Part shown: one piece after another, positions 9,332 through 20,367 of the stretch | Numbering within the stretch: position 1 is the stretch's first letter | Layout: each line of letters begins with the position of its first letter | Assembly (NCBI GenBank): GCA_002811645.1 | Contig: PDIP01000046.1 | Coordinates: 144,753 to 180,800, forward strand | Direction: 5' to 3' | Origin: Corallochytrium limacisporum Hawaii | Taxonomy: Eukaryota; Protista; Pluriformea | DNA length: 36,048 nt | Notes under the pieces: generated by a model | Databases searched by the model: none | What the model was told of the DNA's origin: nothing | What the model saw: only the letters and a program-made list of their open reading frames with translations | Made by a program: the position numbers and the translations under genes

Positions 9332-12025
9332 AGTTGCACCAGTTTTAGTGTTCAAGAATTAGCGGTGTTGTTACTAGCTAAGTCCCTTTCATGGTTGAGT
9401 TGTCACTGGTGAGCTGCGCAAAATCAAAAAACACCAATCACTTCTTCCCAGTTAGAATTCACTACGGCACCACGTTAAACAGATTTGCCTCTATGGTGAG
9501 GACTGTCGACGAATGATTTCATTTGCGCGTTCAAATACCATAAGATGGCGGAACTGTTTCTGTATATTTCGTAAATACAGTGATGGAACAGAAACTAAGG
9601 ACTGATAGATACAAGAAATCAGTCACGCAGAAAAAGAAAGTGAACATGAAATGAAATCAAACTCTTTGTCGCCTGCGGACAATCCGCCACGCCATTGCCG
9701 CCAAGAGCGCCGGTGGGATCAGGGGATCCATCGGTGCCCCCGCCCCGGAGGCGGGACCCACAGACAGACTCGACCGACGCCGCTCAGGTCCCAAGGGGGG
9801 TGAGGAACCAAGCGGCACATCTCTCTCGCCGACTGCTAGCAGTCACCGGCCCCCCCCCCTCCCCCTCGGGCGGGGCTTCAGACAGAGAACGCACTTTAAC
9901 ACCCGGCCCCCCCCCCAGGGCTCCCAAGGCAAAGAATGAAGAGCAGGCAGGGTACGGGCAATTCCTTGGGTAGTCCCCCCAGGGATGGGGGAGGGGGAGG
10001 AGAGGAATTCGAAGCCCCCTGTGGTTGTGTATGTAGGGACAGGGTTGAGTGTGTGTGTGTTATTGATGCACGGCCCACTTTTTTTCTGGTCCGGTTGTGA
10101 ATGGTTCATTCGGTACTGAGAAGCCTGCGGTTGAGGGAGGGGGCAGTTGCGCAGCACTCCAAAAGAACAGCAAAACTCTCTCTGTCCCAGGGTCATCCGA
10201 ACCGTCCCCCCCTTACCGACGGCGCCAAAAGCTCTGTCACCTCTCCCGCTCTTCGCTCGCACTGCTCTCCCCCCCCCTCCGGGCGCTCTCTCCCCGAGTC
10301 GCTCCACTACCGCAAGTGAACTGCGTGCGGACGGACTGACAAAGAGGGCAGGTATTACGTGTCTCCCGAGGTCCTACAACTACTGACACGCTGCATAGGT
10401 GTCGACGTAGTTGGTAAGGAGAGTCTCTATACGTAGGCCACCTCAGGGTTTAACTCAGCGGTCGTAAAAGAACCCGGGTGGTGACGGTCTGTTTCGTCTC
10501 TACAACACGCTTCCCCTGTTCCTTCGTCCCTTGCTTCCTCCTGCCACCCAACCCCAACTGCTGTTGTCACCCTCTCCTCCATTAACGCTCGGCCCTCAGG
10601 GAACACCCGTGTTTATATACTGAATAAACTGGAAACTTATCACCCGTTTGTGATAATTATCAGTGTTAGGGTACTCAGTTTACACCGCTATCGCCTGCTT
10701 TATGTGGCAAGCACCAACCCCTCCCGGGGTTGGTGTGTTGACCCGGAGAGGGCGTAGAAAACAGTCCGGGCAGGGGGGGGGCCAGGGGAGGTGGGGGGAC
10801 CGGGTGGTTTGTGCGGGAGGAGAAGCTTTTCATTGGGCTTCCCCTGGTTTGGAGTGTTTTGTGGGTGGTCCATCGGCGGGTGTCCCGGTGCGTTCGTCCG
10901 TGACTTACAACACAGACACAGACACACGCACAATCGCACACACCCCACCTCTTCTTCCGCTTCCAGTGTCTGTCTACCGCACGGAAAACACGGGACGGGT
11001 CTGCAGGAGAAGGAAGCGTGGAGGGAGGGACGGCCCTGCGGAGGAAGAAAAGACATGGACACCACAAGGAAAAATATTCAGCATCATCAAGTCGGCCAGT
11101 CAAGATGGCCCCCTTATTGAGCAAAGACTTTCTCCCAACTGCGTTTTCTTACCTCCTTCCCCGGGTTGTCATTACTTGAATACTGAACACTTGCCCCTCC
11201 AAGGGACACTGCGATGGGGCAGAGTTGGGTTTGGGGGGGGGGTGGGCGGAGGAGCCCACCGCAGAGAGAAGAGGTGGGAAGGCTGGGAGGCGCGCCCGGT
11301 TCAGGACCTGTGGGTGCTGCTGAATGGTTGGACGGCCAGAACGCGGGGCCCCCTCAAAGGACAACTGGCCCAGCCCCTACTGGGGACCCACTCTCCGGTT
11401 TCCATCGGAGCCGGCAACATCGCCCCTCGCTGATTTGTTTTTGATTTTCATATTTTGCTGTTGGCAGCTGCTTACTTTCTCCTTACTGAGGTAAGGTGAG
11501 GTGGCAGGAGGAGGACAAACCAGAGGAAAAAGTTGGGACCCCCGCGGGGGGGGGGGGGCAAGTTTTGCTGGATCGGGAAGGAGTCTTAATTTTTTCCCTC
11601 GCAGTACACAAGGGGATTGAAATGAAATGGGACTGTAATTGTGGTTTCGTTGTATGTCGATGTCCAGTTGGTTCGCTCTTCTTTTTTTCTTTTTGGAATT
11701 ACTTGCCGTCCTGGGGATTTCTTTCTTGGGAATTTGATCCTGAACGGACAAGGTGTTTGGCCAATGTATAGAAAGTAATTACATAGACAGTGAAGTCGTG
11801 TGGCTGTAGTATGAAAAAAGCAAAACAGAATACCTTAGGGGACGTCCGGGTCTCACGGTGAAAAAAATCACGCAACAAGGAAGCACCTGGAGTTTATGGG
11901 CTCTTCACTACAATTATGAACATGACATGAATGAATGAATACATGTTGAACTGAATGTAGATTTGTTATAGATTAGTGAAGTACCTGTGTGAAAGCGGGA
12001 CTTTCCTCAGGTGACCACCAACACC

Positions 12026-14908
12026 ATGGCATCGGCAGTGTTTTCAAATGATTTTGACGAAGGTCTGGACGACGACTTCGGAGACGCCGGTGCTGCTTAT
12101 GCAAATTATTCTCTGCAACAGGATGATTTTGACATGGGAGAAGCATTATGGACACCGTCGGAGTGTGCAACATGGCTCAGATCACTGCTCGGAGAGGAAC
12201 GCGTAAACGACATGCTGCCCTCAGAAGGGTCAGTTGTAACTCTGGAAGCCCTGCAGAGCAGTCTCCGAGACGGAGATTTAATGGTTGGCCTCATGAGCGC
12301 CATTCTAGAGATTCCAGAGACAGACATTCCGGAGTATGAGGAGACAGCGGTAGAGGAAGACGACGACGAGGAAGTGTTTCGAGCCAACCACCGCGGTTTC
12401 CTGAAATTGTGTCAGAGCAAATTGGGCATGGACACCGAGCATATGTACACAGTCGCTGGCATGCTCGATACTAGCGCAAGCCCAGAGGTTTTGCGAAGAA
12501 TTTTGCGAACTTTACAGAACGTTAAGGACACGGCAATTTCGCTTGGGTACATAAAAGGGGCTCAGGCCAGCCGGGCCTACGCGGAGACGGCGGATACAGG
12601 GTCGTTGTACTCCTTAGAGGCCGCTGCCACGCTGCAGACAACGGAAACTTCGGGATCACATGATGACTCTGACGCCCGGAAGGTTGCCAAGGAGCTGATT
12701 GAGACGGAGAAAGTATTCTTAGAGGACATTCAGAGCGTAGTAGTGCACTACCTGAACTATCTGTACACTCTGCAGAAGCAGGGTGGAGCGATCAGCGGTA
12801 ATTACCAGGGAGAGAAGTATAAGCTGGACATTAAGGACATTGTGATGCAATTTTTGAATTTGGAAGCCATTGTCGATTTGCACCAGCGCATCTACGCCCA
12901 ACTATCGAACGCAAACGAGTCTCCGGCAAAGGTCGCACGGGTATTTGAGACCATGAGTGATGAGTTTATGATTTATCAGACTTACCTTAATGGGCATGAG
13001 GACAGCATTGCCAATCTGTCGAATTATCAAAAGCAACGCAACGGAATTGTAAAACAGATCTTTGACCAATGCAAGACAGAAGCAGGCCATGCATTGGATC
13101 TCGCGACGTACCTGTTGAAGCCCGTGCAGAGAGTGTTGAAGTACCCTTTGCTTTTGCGTGAAATGTTAAAAAAACTGGACCCGAACTCCCCCGACTACAT
13201 GATTGTGGCCAATGCCCACGACGCGGTTCAGAGTGCGGCGCAGAAACTGAATGAGGGAAAACGGCGATACGAAGCCATCAAGCGTGCCCACGAACTCCAG
13301 GCACGATGCGATCCACGCGGGCTGGGTATTGTCTCTGGTCAAGCTAAAAATCGTGGAGGAGCTTTCGATACGGCTGGAATTTTGCTCAAGGAGCAGCGCA
13401 AGAAGATGATCATTTTCAAGAGTATCGGTAACCGTGCGATTGGTAAATTAAGCAAGAAAGAAAGGCCGTTCACGGGCCATTTACTTTGCTTTGAGGAGGC
13501 CATTGTGCTTTTGAAAGACATTAAGGCCAATCAATACGGGGCAACATACGATGTAGAGGCCTGCTGGCGATTTGAGGGGAAGCACGGAGACAAAGTTGTG
13601 CGGTGCAGTCCGGCCATCACCGAGGACAAGGAAAGCAACCACGGTGTCTCTATTATTCGCACACGACAGAAATCATCAAAGAGCGCGGTCAAGCAGACTG
13701 ATGAGCTTGTGTTCTGGAACGAAAGTGTGAAGCAGCAGGAAGAGTGGTTGGGCGTGCTCAATTCGATCATGGACAAACTCATGTATGGAGGCGCTACCCC
13801 TCGTGTGGAACCGGACTCCAAAACAAATCTTCAAGCTGTCTCTGGTGCTAGCGTTGGGCGCAGCCAGAGCCTGGGGTCCAAGAATTTTAAGGCTCCTTTA
13901 GGGGGTGCGGGGGTTCTGGGACCTCCAGTGGCAGTCACACGTGCCAAGAGCCAGAAGTCAAACCATGGCCAGAGTATCTCTGAACGCAGCCCGTCAGCTA
14001 GTGCAGCGGAACGAAGGCCACCTGCCAGTCAGAACGGCGGCTACAGCAGTAACGGAACACGGAAGACAAAGCATGGCAGCCACGGCACAGTTACTCCAGA
14101 GCCGCACCTCCGCAGTGCGAGCGCGGAACTGGAAGGCCTGGCCCTCAGTCCACGGCCGGGACCTGCTGTGCCACAGCGCAGACCACGACCGTCCAGTCAA
14201 GTGCTTCCGAGCGGTATAGGTCTTGGTGACCGGCCCGCTGCGCCACCCCCTGTGCCACCGGCGCGCCGGCGCACCACTGAGAGTACCACCGGTGCAGAAA
14301 CGCCATTGGTCCCATCCGATACCAACCCGTCTTCGATGAAACCAATCTCGAACGACCGCGACGCCCCACCCCGCCGCCCTGTGCACGCACCGCCTCCGAC
14401 ACCCCCTAGCTCTGCCAGTCCCGGCGCGCTACCCCGCGTTGGCCACGCACCGCCACCCGTACCAGCAAACAAACCGACAGGACTCGTCGGCCATCGCCGT
14501 CGGCAGTCATCGGGTAGCCGTGTGTCGGCTGCAGCGGCGAAGTTTGAGAATTTGGCTGCCGGCAACAGCCACGAAGAGCTGCACACACCGCAGTCTCCGG
14601 CGACTTCAGTGTCGTCCACAGGCAGTCGACCCCCGGCACCACCGCCGCGCAAGCCAAGTACTGGAGTGTCGCCGGATCTGCCGCCCAAGCGGCCGTCACG
14701 GGACTCCAGCCTGAGCTCCCAGGGCGGAAGACCTGATCTTATTCGCTCTCGCTCGCATTCCCACAGCCGTGGACCGCCACCACCTGTAGCACCGAAACCG
14801 AAGCACGTTGCCGAGGCGGGCAAGGCACTGCAACGGCGAATTAGTCAGAAGCATCTGCTACAAAACAGTCATGGCCATGCAGATAGTGCGGGTGCTGAGC
14901 ATCATTGA
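12026..14908 (+). CDS. Dbl-family RhoGEF, CH-DH-PH with long proline-rich tail (Vav-like CH domain)
   Basis: CH domain (WLRSLL...LRDGDLM...FLKLCQSKLGM...ILRTL). DH domain (ELIETEKVF, FLNLEAIVDLH, LLKPVQRVLKYPLLLREMLK, LNEGKR). PH domain (HLLCFEEAIVLLK...QQEEWLGVL). The tail is PxxP-rich. ATG at 12026 sits in ACACCATGG context. Confidence 0.88.
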   Translation: MASAVFSNDFDEGLDDDFGDAGAAYANYSLQQDDFDMGEALWTPSECATWLRSLLGEERVNDMLPSEGSVVTLEALQSSLRDGDLMVGLMSAILEIPETDIPEYEETAVEEDDDEEVFRANHRGFLKLCQSKLGMDTEHMYTVAGMLDTSASPEVLRRILRTLQNVKDTAISLGYIKGAQASRAYAETADTGSLYSLEAAATLQTTETSGSHDDSDARKVAKELIETEKVFLEDIQSVVVHYLNYLYTLQKQGGAISGNYQGEKYKLDIKDIVMQFLNLEAIVDLHQRIYAQLSNANESPAKVARVFETMSDEFMIYQTYLNGHEDSIANLSNYQKQRNGIVKQIFDQCKTEAGHALDLATYLLKPVQRVLKYPLLLREMLKKLDPNSPDYMIVANAHDAVQSAAQKLNEGKRRYEAIKRAHELQARCDPRGLGIVSGQAKNRGGAFDTAGILLKEQRKKMIIFKSIGNRAIGKLSKKERPFTGHLLCFEEAIVLLKDIKANQYGATYDVEACWRFEGKHGDKVVRCSPAITEDKESNHGVSIIRTRQKSSKSAVKQTDELVFWNESVKQQEEWLGVLNSIMDKLMYGGATPRVEPDSKTNLQAVSGASVGRSQSLGSKNFKAPLGGAGVLGPPVAVTRAKSQKSNHGQSISERSPSASAAERRPPASQNGGYSSNGTRKTKHGSHGTVTPEPHLRSASAELEGLALSPRPGPAVPQRRPRPSSQVLPSGIGLGDRPAAPPPVPPARRRTTESTTGAETPLVPSDTNPSSMKPISNDRDAPPRRPVHAPPPTPPSSASPGALPRVGHAPPPVPANKPTGLVGHRRRQSSGSRVSAAAAKFENLAAGNSHEELHTPQSPATSVSSTGSRPPAPPPRKPSTGVSPDLPPKRPSRDSSLSSQGGRPDLIRSRSHSHSRGPPPPVAPKPKHVAEAGKALQRRISQKHLLQNSHGHADSAGAEHH

Positions 14909-14925
14909 GCTAGCATCATTGAGCT
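14898..14925 (+). repeat. 14-bp perfect tandem duplication across the RhoGEF stop codon
   Basis: AGCATCATTGAGCT occurs at 14898-14911 and again at 14912-14925. Confidence 0.9.
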
Positions 14926-16923
14926 AAATGGTTGGATGGTACAGGCTCAGAGCCATGGCATGAAATACGGACTTGAATAGCTGTCCGCAGGCTACAAACT
15001 GAGATGAAATAAACAGGCAAACTATAAACATGGGGTTAAGTGGGCAAGACACCTGCTCCGTTCCTGACTTAGAATGGCAGTGGCATTCCTATCCATTAGA
15101 GACTAACGTGGTTGTGGGAGTTAGCTTGTAACCAGCCTATTCCAAACTGTCGATCTCTGGCTTTGAGCGCGTACACTGTGATATAGGTGGAGGTTAAGCC
15201 CGTTCTACCATGTTCCTCTTTCTCCACCCGCTCTGTTTTGTGTATGGACGGGCACGCGATCGGGAGACAAACGGGCGGGCGGGTGAATCGACATGATCCC
15301 TGGTGGTTGACATTCCAGCATCTACGTAGTACTTAATGGTAGATGTGCGATCGGTTACATACGCCTGTGTCGCTCGGTCGATCTGTTTCTGTGCTACCAG
15401 TTGCTTCCTCCCCCGTGTGAGGCGCGCTGACACAATTGCGGGCTGATGTGCAATTCAGCAAAACCCGAAAGACGCACACGCAGGCCAACGGACGAAAAGA
15501 ATACAGACACAAAAACCCACTCCAAATCCTGTCAAGTGTTGTTTTTTCTTTCCCTTCGTTGCTTCGTCCTCTCTGTCCTTTCGTTTATTTGAGACTGTCA
15601 TGGCAATTTTTTTCAACTCTCTCTCTCTCTCGCCCTCTCTCTCGCTTCAGTTCGGTACGACGTAAAACCTGCCCCGGTTCAAAGGGAATGAAGGCGCTGC
15701 GGTCCTGGCCTCTAGGCCTGATGACGCTGTCCCCGTGGCATTCGTGCTACCATCGCCACAGTGCGGGGAAAGTAGTCTCGAGAAAGACGAACGAAAATGT
15801 GAAGAAAGAAAGGCTAAATACCCAAAGAAAGATAGAAAAACTTCACTTCAGTCCACACGGCGGACGAAAAAGGAAGGATATGGATCCGCTTCACTCAGTT
15901 TGGGCAAAGGCAAACGTTGGTTACCGCAACCAACCGAGAAGATTGCGAAGGAAAGCAAGTGACGCTCTGCTCCATCAAGGACAAGCAAAGGAGAACCTCA
16001 ATGTCAATGGTCACCAACACATTTCTGAACCCAAACCCCTGCGACGGGTGCAGTGAACTTGTGTGTTGTGATTTGCTGACCACCCTTACGCCCACCACCG
16101 CTTGGGATTGACGATAACTCCCCCCCTTCGTAAATTGTCACCACTGCTTTGAGAAAGCGATTCATGTGTGTGTCGCATGTCTTTCTGGGCGCGTGCTGCA
16201 CTGCACTGCGTGCAGTACTGCTGTGTGTTTCCGTTGCCTCCCCGCTTGCGGCTTGTGCTACCTAAACACACTGACAGGAGCCCGCCATCGTAGAGAGTAA
16301 CGTGTGTCAGCAGTCCGGTCAGCGCCGCCCTGGGTTGGAAGGGACCGCTGAGCGGTCGACCAAGAGGAAAACGGCATAAAGAGAAAGGGAAAAGAATAGG
16401 GAGAGCCCCCAGGGGGGAAGTGGCCCCCAGTGCGGAGCCAGCCACGGGAGGGAAGGGAGCGGAACCACAGTCCAAAATGCTTTGCAAAGAGTTGGCACCG
16501 CCGACGGACAGCAATCGTAACAGACAAGAGACGTGCGCTTCCTCATACAGGGATGAGAAACACGTAAAAGCGGAAGGAACGAGGTGGTTGGATGCATATG
16601 GCAATGTAATGAGCACGATCGGGATTGTTGTACGGGTGCGCAACGATGATAGAGAAACAGAGCGACAGAGTGCAGAGGGAGGGTTCGGGTTTGTTGGAAA
16701 CTCCGGTTTTCGGCACCGCGACCAATTCGACTGCCAGAATTTCCTCTTCCTCTATCAGATTTCGATATGGTGCCTCACAGGACCATTGAAGAAGAGAGTG
16801 CGTCAAATAGAGTGAGACAGATGTGTGACCACCTATTTGAGTTTTGTAGGATCAAGAAAAATGAACATATTGTGAAAGTCCACAGCAACCGAAATCTGAC
16901 CTTGCGGGTCAGTAAGACATAAT

Positions 16924-18750
16924 ATGAACTTTTCAGATCCGTACGTGATTGCCGGCTCTGCAAGTGCTGGTCTGGTGACGTATCTTGTCATCAGATCTAT
17001 TTCCCGCCGGCAGAGGGGCCTAGCTGCGCTTGCCAAAGGAGCCAAGCGCCGTGCGGAACGCGACCTTGCCCGTGGACGAGCTCACAATGTGATCAACGAG
17101 GCCTACAAGGAGGTAGGCCTCACCCGTGATCGGGAAGTAGAACTGTGCTATATGACTGCTAGCAAAATGCTTGAGGCTATGGCATCTGGCAAGACCACGT
17201 CGCTGGAGCTGGTGACGGCGCATTGCCGACGCGCGCTGCAAGCCGGAGAAGAGCTTGGCACCAACGCTGGTGAGTACTTTGAAGAAGCGATTGCTGCGGC
17301 ACGAGAAGCGGACAAAGAGCGCACAGCCGGCTGGAACTCGAAGGAGCGACCGTTGCTTGGACTGCCAATGTCAGTGAAGGATCAGTTCGAACAGAAAGGT
17401 GCGGACTGTGGTAGTGGTCTTGCGTGCCGTGCTGGGGACATCATTGAGAAGGACGGTTACCAAGTGGGTAGCCTGCGCAAGCGTGGAGCCATTCCCTTTG
17501 TGCGAACCAATGTACCGCAATTGCTGATGATGCCAGAGACCATAGGTACCTGTTGGGGCAAGTGCGTCTCGCCCTGGAACCGTAAGAGGTCGCCCGGTGG
17601 GTCATCTGGCGGCGAAGGGGCGTTGATTGCAGCTCGTGCTAGTCCCGTCGGTATCGGTACGGATTATGGCGGCAGTATCCGCATACCTGCCATGAATTCC
17701 GGCCTGTTCGGCTTCAAGCCTACTCCCCAGCGCCTGCCAAATCCTGGTCTCCAGGAGCCACACCGTGGCTTCATAAGTGGTAACGAAAGTATTCCGGACA
17801 GTTACGGACCCTTGGCTCGTGATGCGGAAGACTTGGAGCTCATCATGGGCAGTTGGCTGCGTGAGGGTGCTAATGATCCCGCCAGCGGGGGGGATGCATA
17901 CGTTCCCATGATTCCTTGGGACTATGAAAAAGCCAAATCTACAGCAGAGGGTGACAGCAGGCGCGGAAAGCTTAGGATTGGGTATTACTTTACTGATGAT
18001 TGGTTTGCCCAACACAAGGCCGGTCGCCGTGCCGTGCGGGAGGCGGCTGAGGCACTGAAGAAGGCTGGTCACGAGCTGATCGAAATGGATGGTCCCGTGA
18101 CGTCAGTGACTGAGATTGCGAAACTTGGTTATAGCTTGAGGGCCGGCAATAATCTAAGATATGCTTACAAGGCTCTAGAGGGAGAACCCATGCACAGCAA
18201 TTTCCGGGGTCTCGAGAAGTATGCTAACACTCCCGAGTTTCTCCGTCCCTTGTTGGTATCGATTCTGAGGGCCACTGGCTCGGTTCGCCAGTCGGTTCTC
18301 ATGAGTGCTCTAGGTGATAAGAAGGCTTCGGACTTCTGGGACCTCGTTGCTGAGCGGAAGCGTATTCAGCAGACGTGGGCCAAGACTGTTGTGGATGACC
18401 TAAATCTTGATTGCCTGCTCGTTCCCGGTGTCCCCTGCCAAGTCTACAATATCGGATCAACGGCTAAACTGAGCCCTTCAATGTCATATACTATGACATT
18501 CAACATTCTCGCTTGGGCTGCTGGCTCTGTGCCAATCACGACAGTGCGGGACGACGAGCAGGTATACGAAGATCCTGATCACAATGATTCCATAACTTTA
18601 GCTGCAAAGGCGAATGCACGGGACTCCGCGGGTATGCCCGTCGGTGTACAGATCGCGGCTCCTCCGTACCAGGATGAGTTGGTCTTGCGGGTCATGAAAG
18701 ATCTACGTGATCAGAGCCCCTTCACCGCGCTGCCACAGCAAGGTATCTGA
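16924..18750 (+). CDS. Fatty-acid amide hydrolase (FAAH)-like amidase-signature enzyme, paralog 1
   Basis: N-terminal TM helix. Catalytic Lys in PLLGLPMSVKD, GAIPFVRTNVPQ, GGSSGGEGAL (cis-Ser), GTDYGGSIRIPA (nucleophile Ser), GFKPT, GMPVGVQI. 608 aa. Confidence 0.92.
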   Translation: MNFSDPYVIAGSASAGLVTYLVIRSISRRQRGLAALAKGAKRRAERDLARGRAHNVINEAYKEVGLTRDREVELCYMTASKMLEAMASGKTTSLELVTAHCRRALQAGEELGTNAGEYFEEAIAAAREADKERTAGWNSKERPLLGLPMSVKDQFEQKGADCGSGLACRAGDIIEKDGYQVGSLRKRGAIPFVRTNVPQLLMMPETIGTCWGKCVSPWNRKRSPGGSSGGEGALIAARASPVGIGTDYGGSIRIPAMNSGLFGFKPTPQRLPNPGLQEPHRGFISGNESIPDSYGPLARDAEDLELIMGSWLREGANDPASGGDAYVPMIPWDYEKAKSTAEGDSRRGKLRIGYYFTDDWFAQHKAGRRAVREAAEALKKAGHELIEMDGPVTSVTEIAKLGYSLRAGNNLRYAYKALEGEPMHSNFRGLEKYANTPEFLRPLLVSILRATGSVRQSVLMSALGDKKASDFWDLVAERKRIQQTWAKTVVDDLNLDCLLVPGVPCQVYNIGSTAKLSPSMSYTMTFNILAWAAGSVPITTVRDDEQVYEDPDHNDSITLAAKANARDSAGMPVGVQIAAPPYQDELVLRVMKDLRDQSPFTALPQQGI

Positions 18751-19404
18751 GATGGCCGGGTTTAGAGGAATGTGTGCTCTATTAGCACGAGCGACTGGCA
18801 TCAACATCGTTTTGAGGAGTGCTGCAATACGTCAGCTGACCCCGGCGCGACATTCTTATCGGTCTCTTGGCATCAACTTCCGTGGCTTCGCGAAGACTGT
18901 GCACCGCCGCAGCCGGCGAGCGAGGATAGATGCCTCCCTCCATTCTGAACACCGACATCTCTCCTCATGCAGCCGCTTCACAGTCCCACCTCATTCATGC
19001 AGCGCCACCAGCCCATGTGCACCAAGTGAAAAATTCCTGAAAACTTCCCACGTAAACGCGCGTCAGCAATTTTTGATTTTGTCATCACGGAGGAAGTTCT
19101 GGTGGTCGGTGCCGTAAAGTGTAGATTAAAACCCAACTCCTCCCCGATAGCTACTCTCTCGTTAAATTAAAATATCGTACTCTGCGCTTCAACAACATCA
19201 AAGATAGTTATGGCTGCAAAATTTTCGACACCAGGTATAAATTACTCTCAATGTGGCAGAATATCCCGAGGTTCATGAGGCATGATCACCCACCAGTGTG
19301 AACTCGATCGATTCACTTGCATGGGTTGGTAGCATGTATACCGAACGGTTTGGCAGATATTTTTATAGATTGAAGTTGATCAAACTCTGCTAAAGCGACA
19401 CGTT

Positions 19405-20367
19405 ATGGCCAAACCTTTCGATTCCGTTCTCGGTGCGATTGGCAACACGCCACTGGTTCGGCTTGATCGGTTGACCAAACATTATGGTTGCCAGGGCACC
19501 ATTCTGGCCAAGCTGGATCACCTCAATCCGGGATTCTCCAAAAAGGACCGCGCTGCCCTTGGGGTTGTCGAAGCCGCTGAGCAGGATGGCACCCTGTGTC
19601 CCGGTCAAACAGTCGTTGAGCTAACCAGTGGAAACATGGGAACTGGCCTGGCCATTGTTTGTGGTATCAAGGGCTATCCTTTTGTTGCAGTGATGTCGAA
19701 AGGCAATTCACCAGAACGTGCGCGAATGATGGCAGCACTGGGAGCAGAGGTTGTCTTGGTGGATCAGCTACCTGACAGTCGCCCCGGTGAGGTATCCGGG
19801 GCTGATCTGGCTGAGGTTGACCGCGTCGCGACCCAGCTAACAAAAGACCGCAACGCGTTTCGGGCCGACCAATTTCGTCGGGCGGGAAATCCCGGCGCTC
19901 ATGAACATACTACTGGGCCAGAGCTTTGGAAGCAATCTGGCGGAAGAATTGACGCGTTTTGTGATTTTGTCGGGTCAGGGGGCACCTTGGCAGGCACGTC
20001 AAAGTACCTGCGCTCACAAAGCCCGCATGTGAAATTCTACCCTATTGAGCCGGTTGGTGCCGCGGTACTCGCTGGCGAAGATGCTGTTCATCCTGACCAC
20101 CCGATCCAAGGTGGTGGTTATGCCATGGCTGATCTAGATTTTCTGCGGGGCATGAACTGGGATGGCTATCTTCAGGTGGACGGTGCGCGAGCTCGACGGG
20201 TCGCCCGTGATTTGGCCCGGCTCGAGGGCATATTTGCCGGCTTCTCAGCAGGCGCCAACGTTGCCGGAGCAATCGAGCTTTTGAAAGGGGATCACAAGGG
20301 CCAAACTGTTGCGGTTATCATTTGTGATTCCGGTTTGAAGTATCTTTCAACCGATCTCTTTGAATGA
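19405..20367 (+). CDS. Cysteine synthase family PLP enzyme (fold type II), bacterial-type NPGFSKKDR variant
   Basis: IGNTPLVRL, AKLDHLNPGFSKKDR (PLP lysine), ELTSGNMG, QF...NP.AH..TTGPELWKQ, GSGGTLAG, EGIFAGFSAGAN, CDSGLKYLST. Compact 320 aa with no targeting peptide and no CBS domains. Confidence 0.9.
   Translation: MAKPFDSVLGAIGNTPLVRLDRLTKHYGCQGTILAKLDHLNPGFSKKDRAALGVVEAAEQDGTLCPGQTVVELTSGNMGTGLAIVCGIKGYPFVAVMSKGNSPERARMMAALGAEVVLVDQLPDSRPGEVSGADLAEVDRVATQLTKDRNAFRADQFRRAGNPGAHEHTTGPELWKQSGGRIDAFCDFVGSGGTLAGTSKYLRSQSPHVKFYPIEPVGAAVLAGEDAVHPDHPIQGGGYAMADLDFLRGMNWDGYLQVDGARARRVARDLARLEGIFAGFSAGANVAGAIELLKGDHKGQTVAVIICDSGLKYLSTDLFE

Noticed and set aside
9695-11771. Many overlapping ORFs, including 256 aa at 10663-11433
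   Set aside because: Low-complexity G/P/R translations of GC-rich promoter or UTR DNA, with no recognisable domains and mostly non-ATG starts.
15194-16815. ORFs of 64-206 aa between the RhoGEF and amidase 1
   Set aside because: No protein motifs. Composition reflects purine/pyrimidine tracts and a (CT)7 run. A lncRNA cannot be excluded.
18707-19117. 136-aa ORF overlapping the end of amidase 1
   Set aside because: No family resemblance; likely 3'UTR or spacer.
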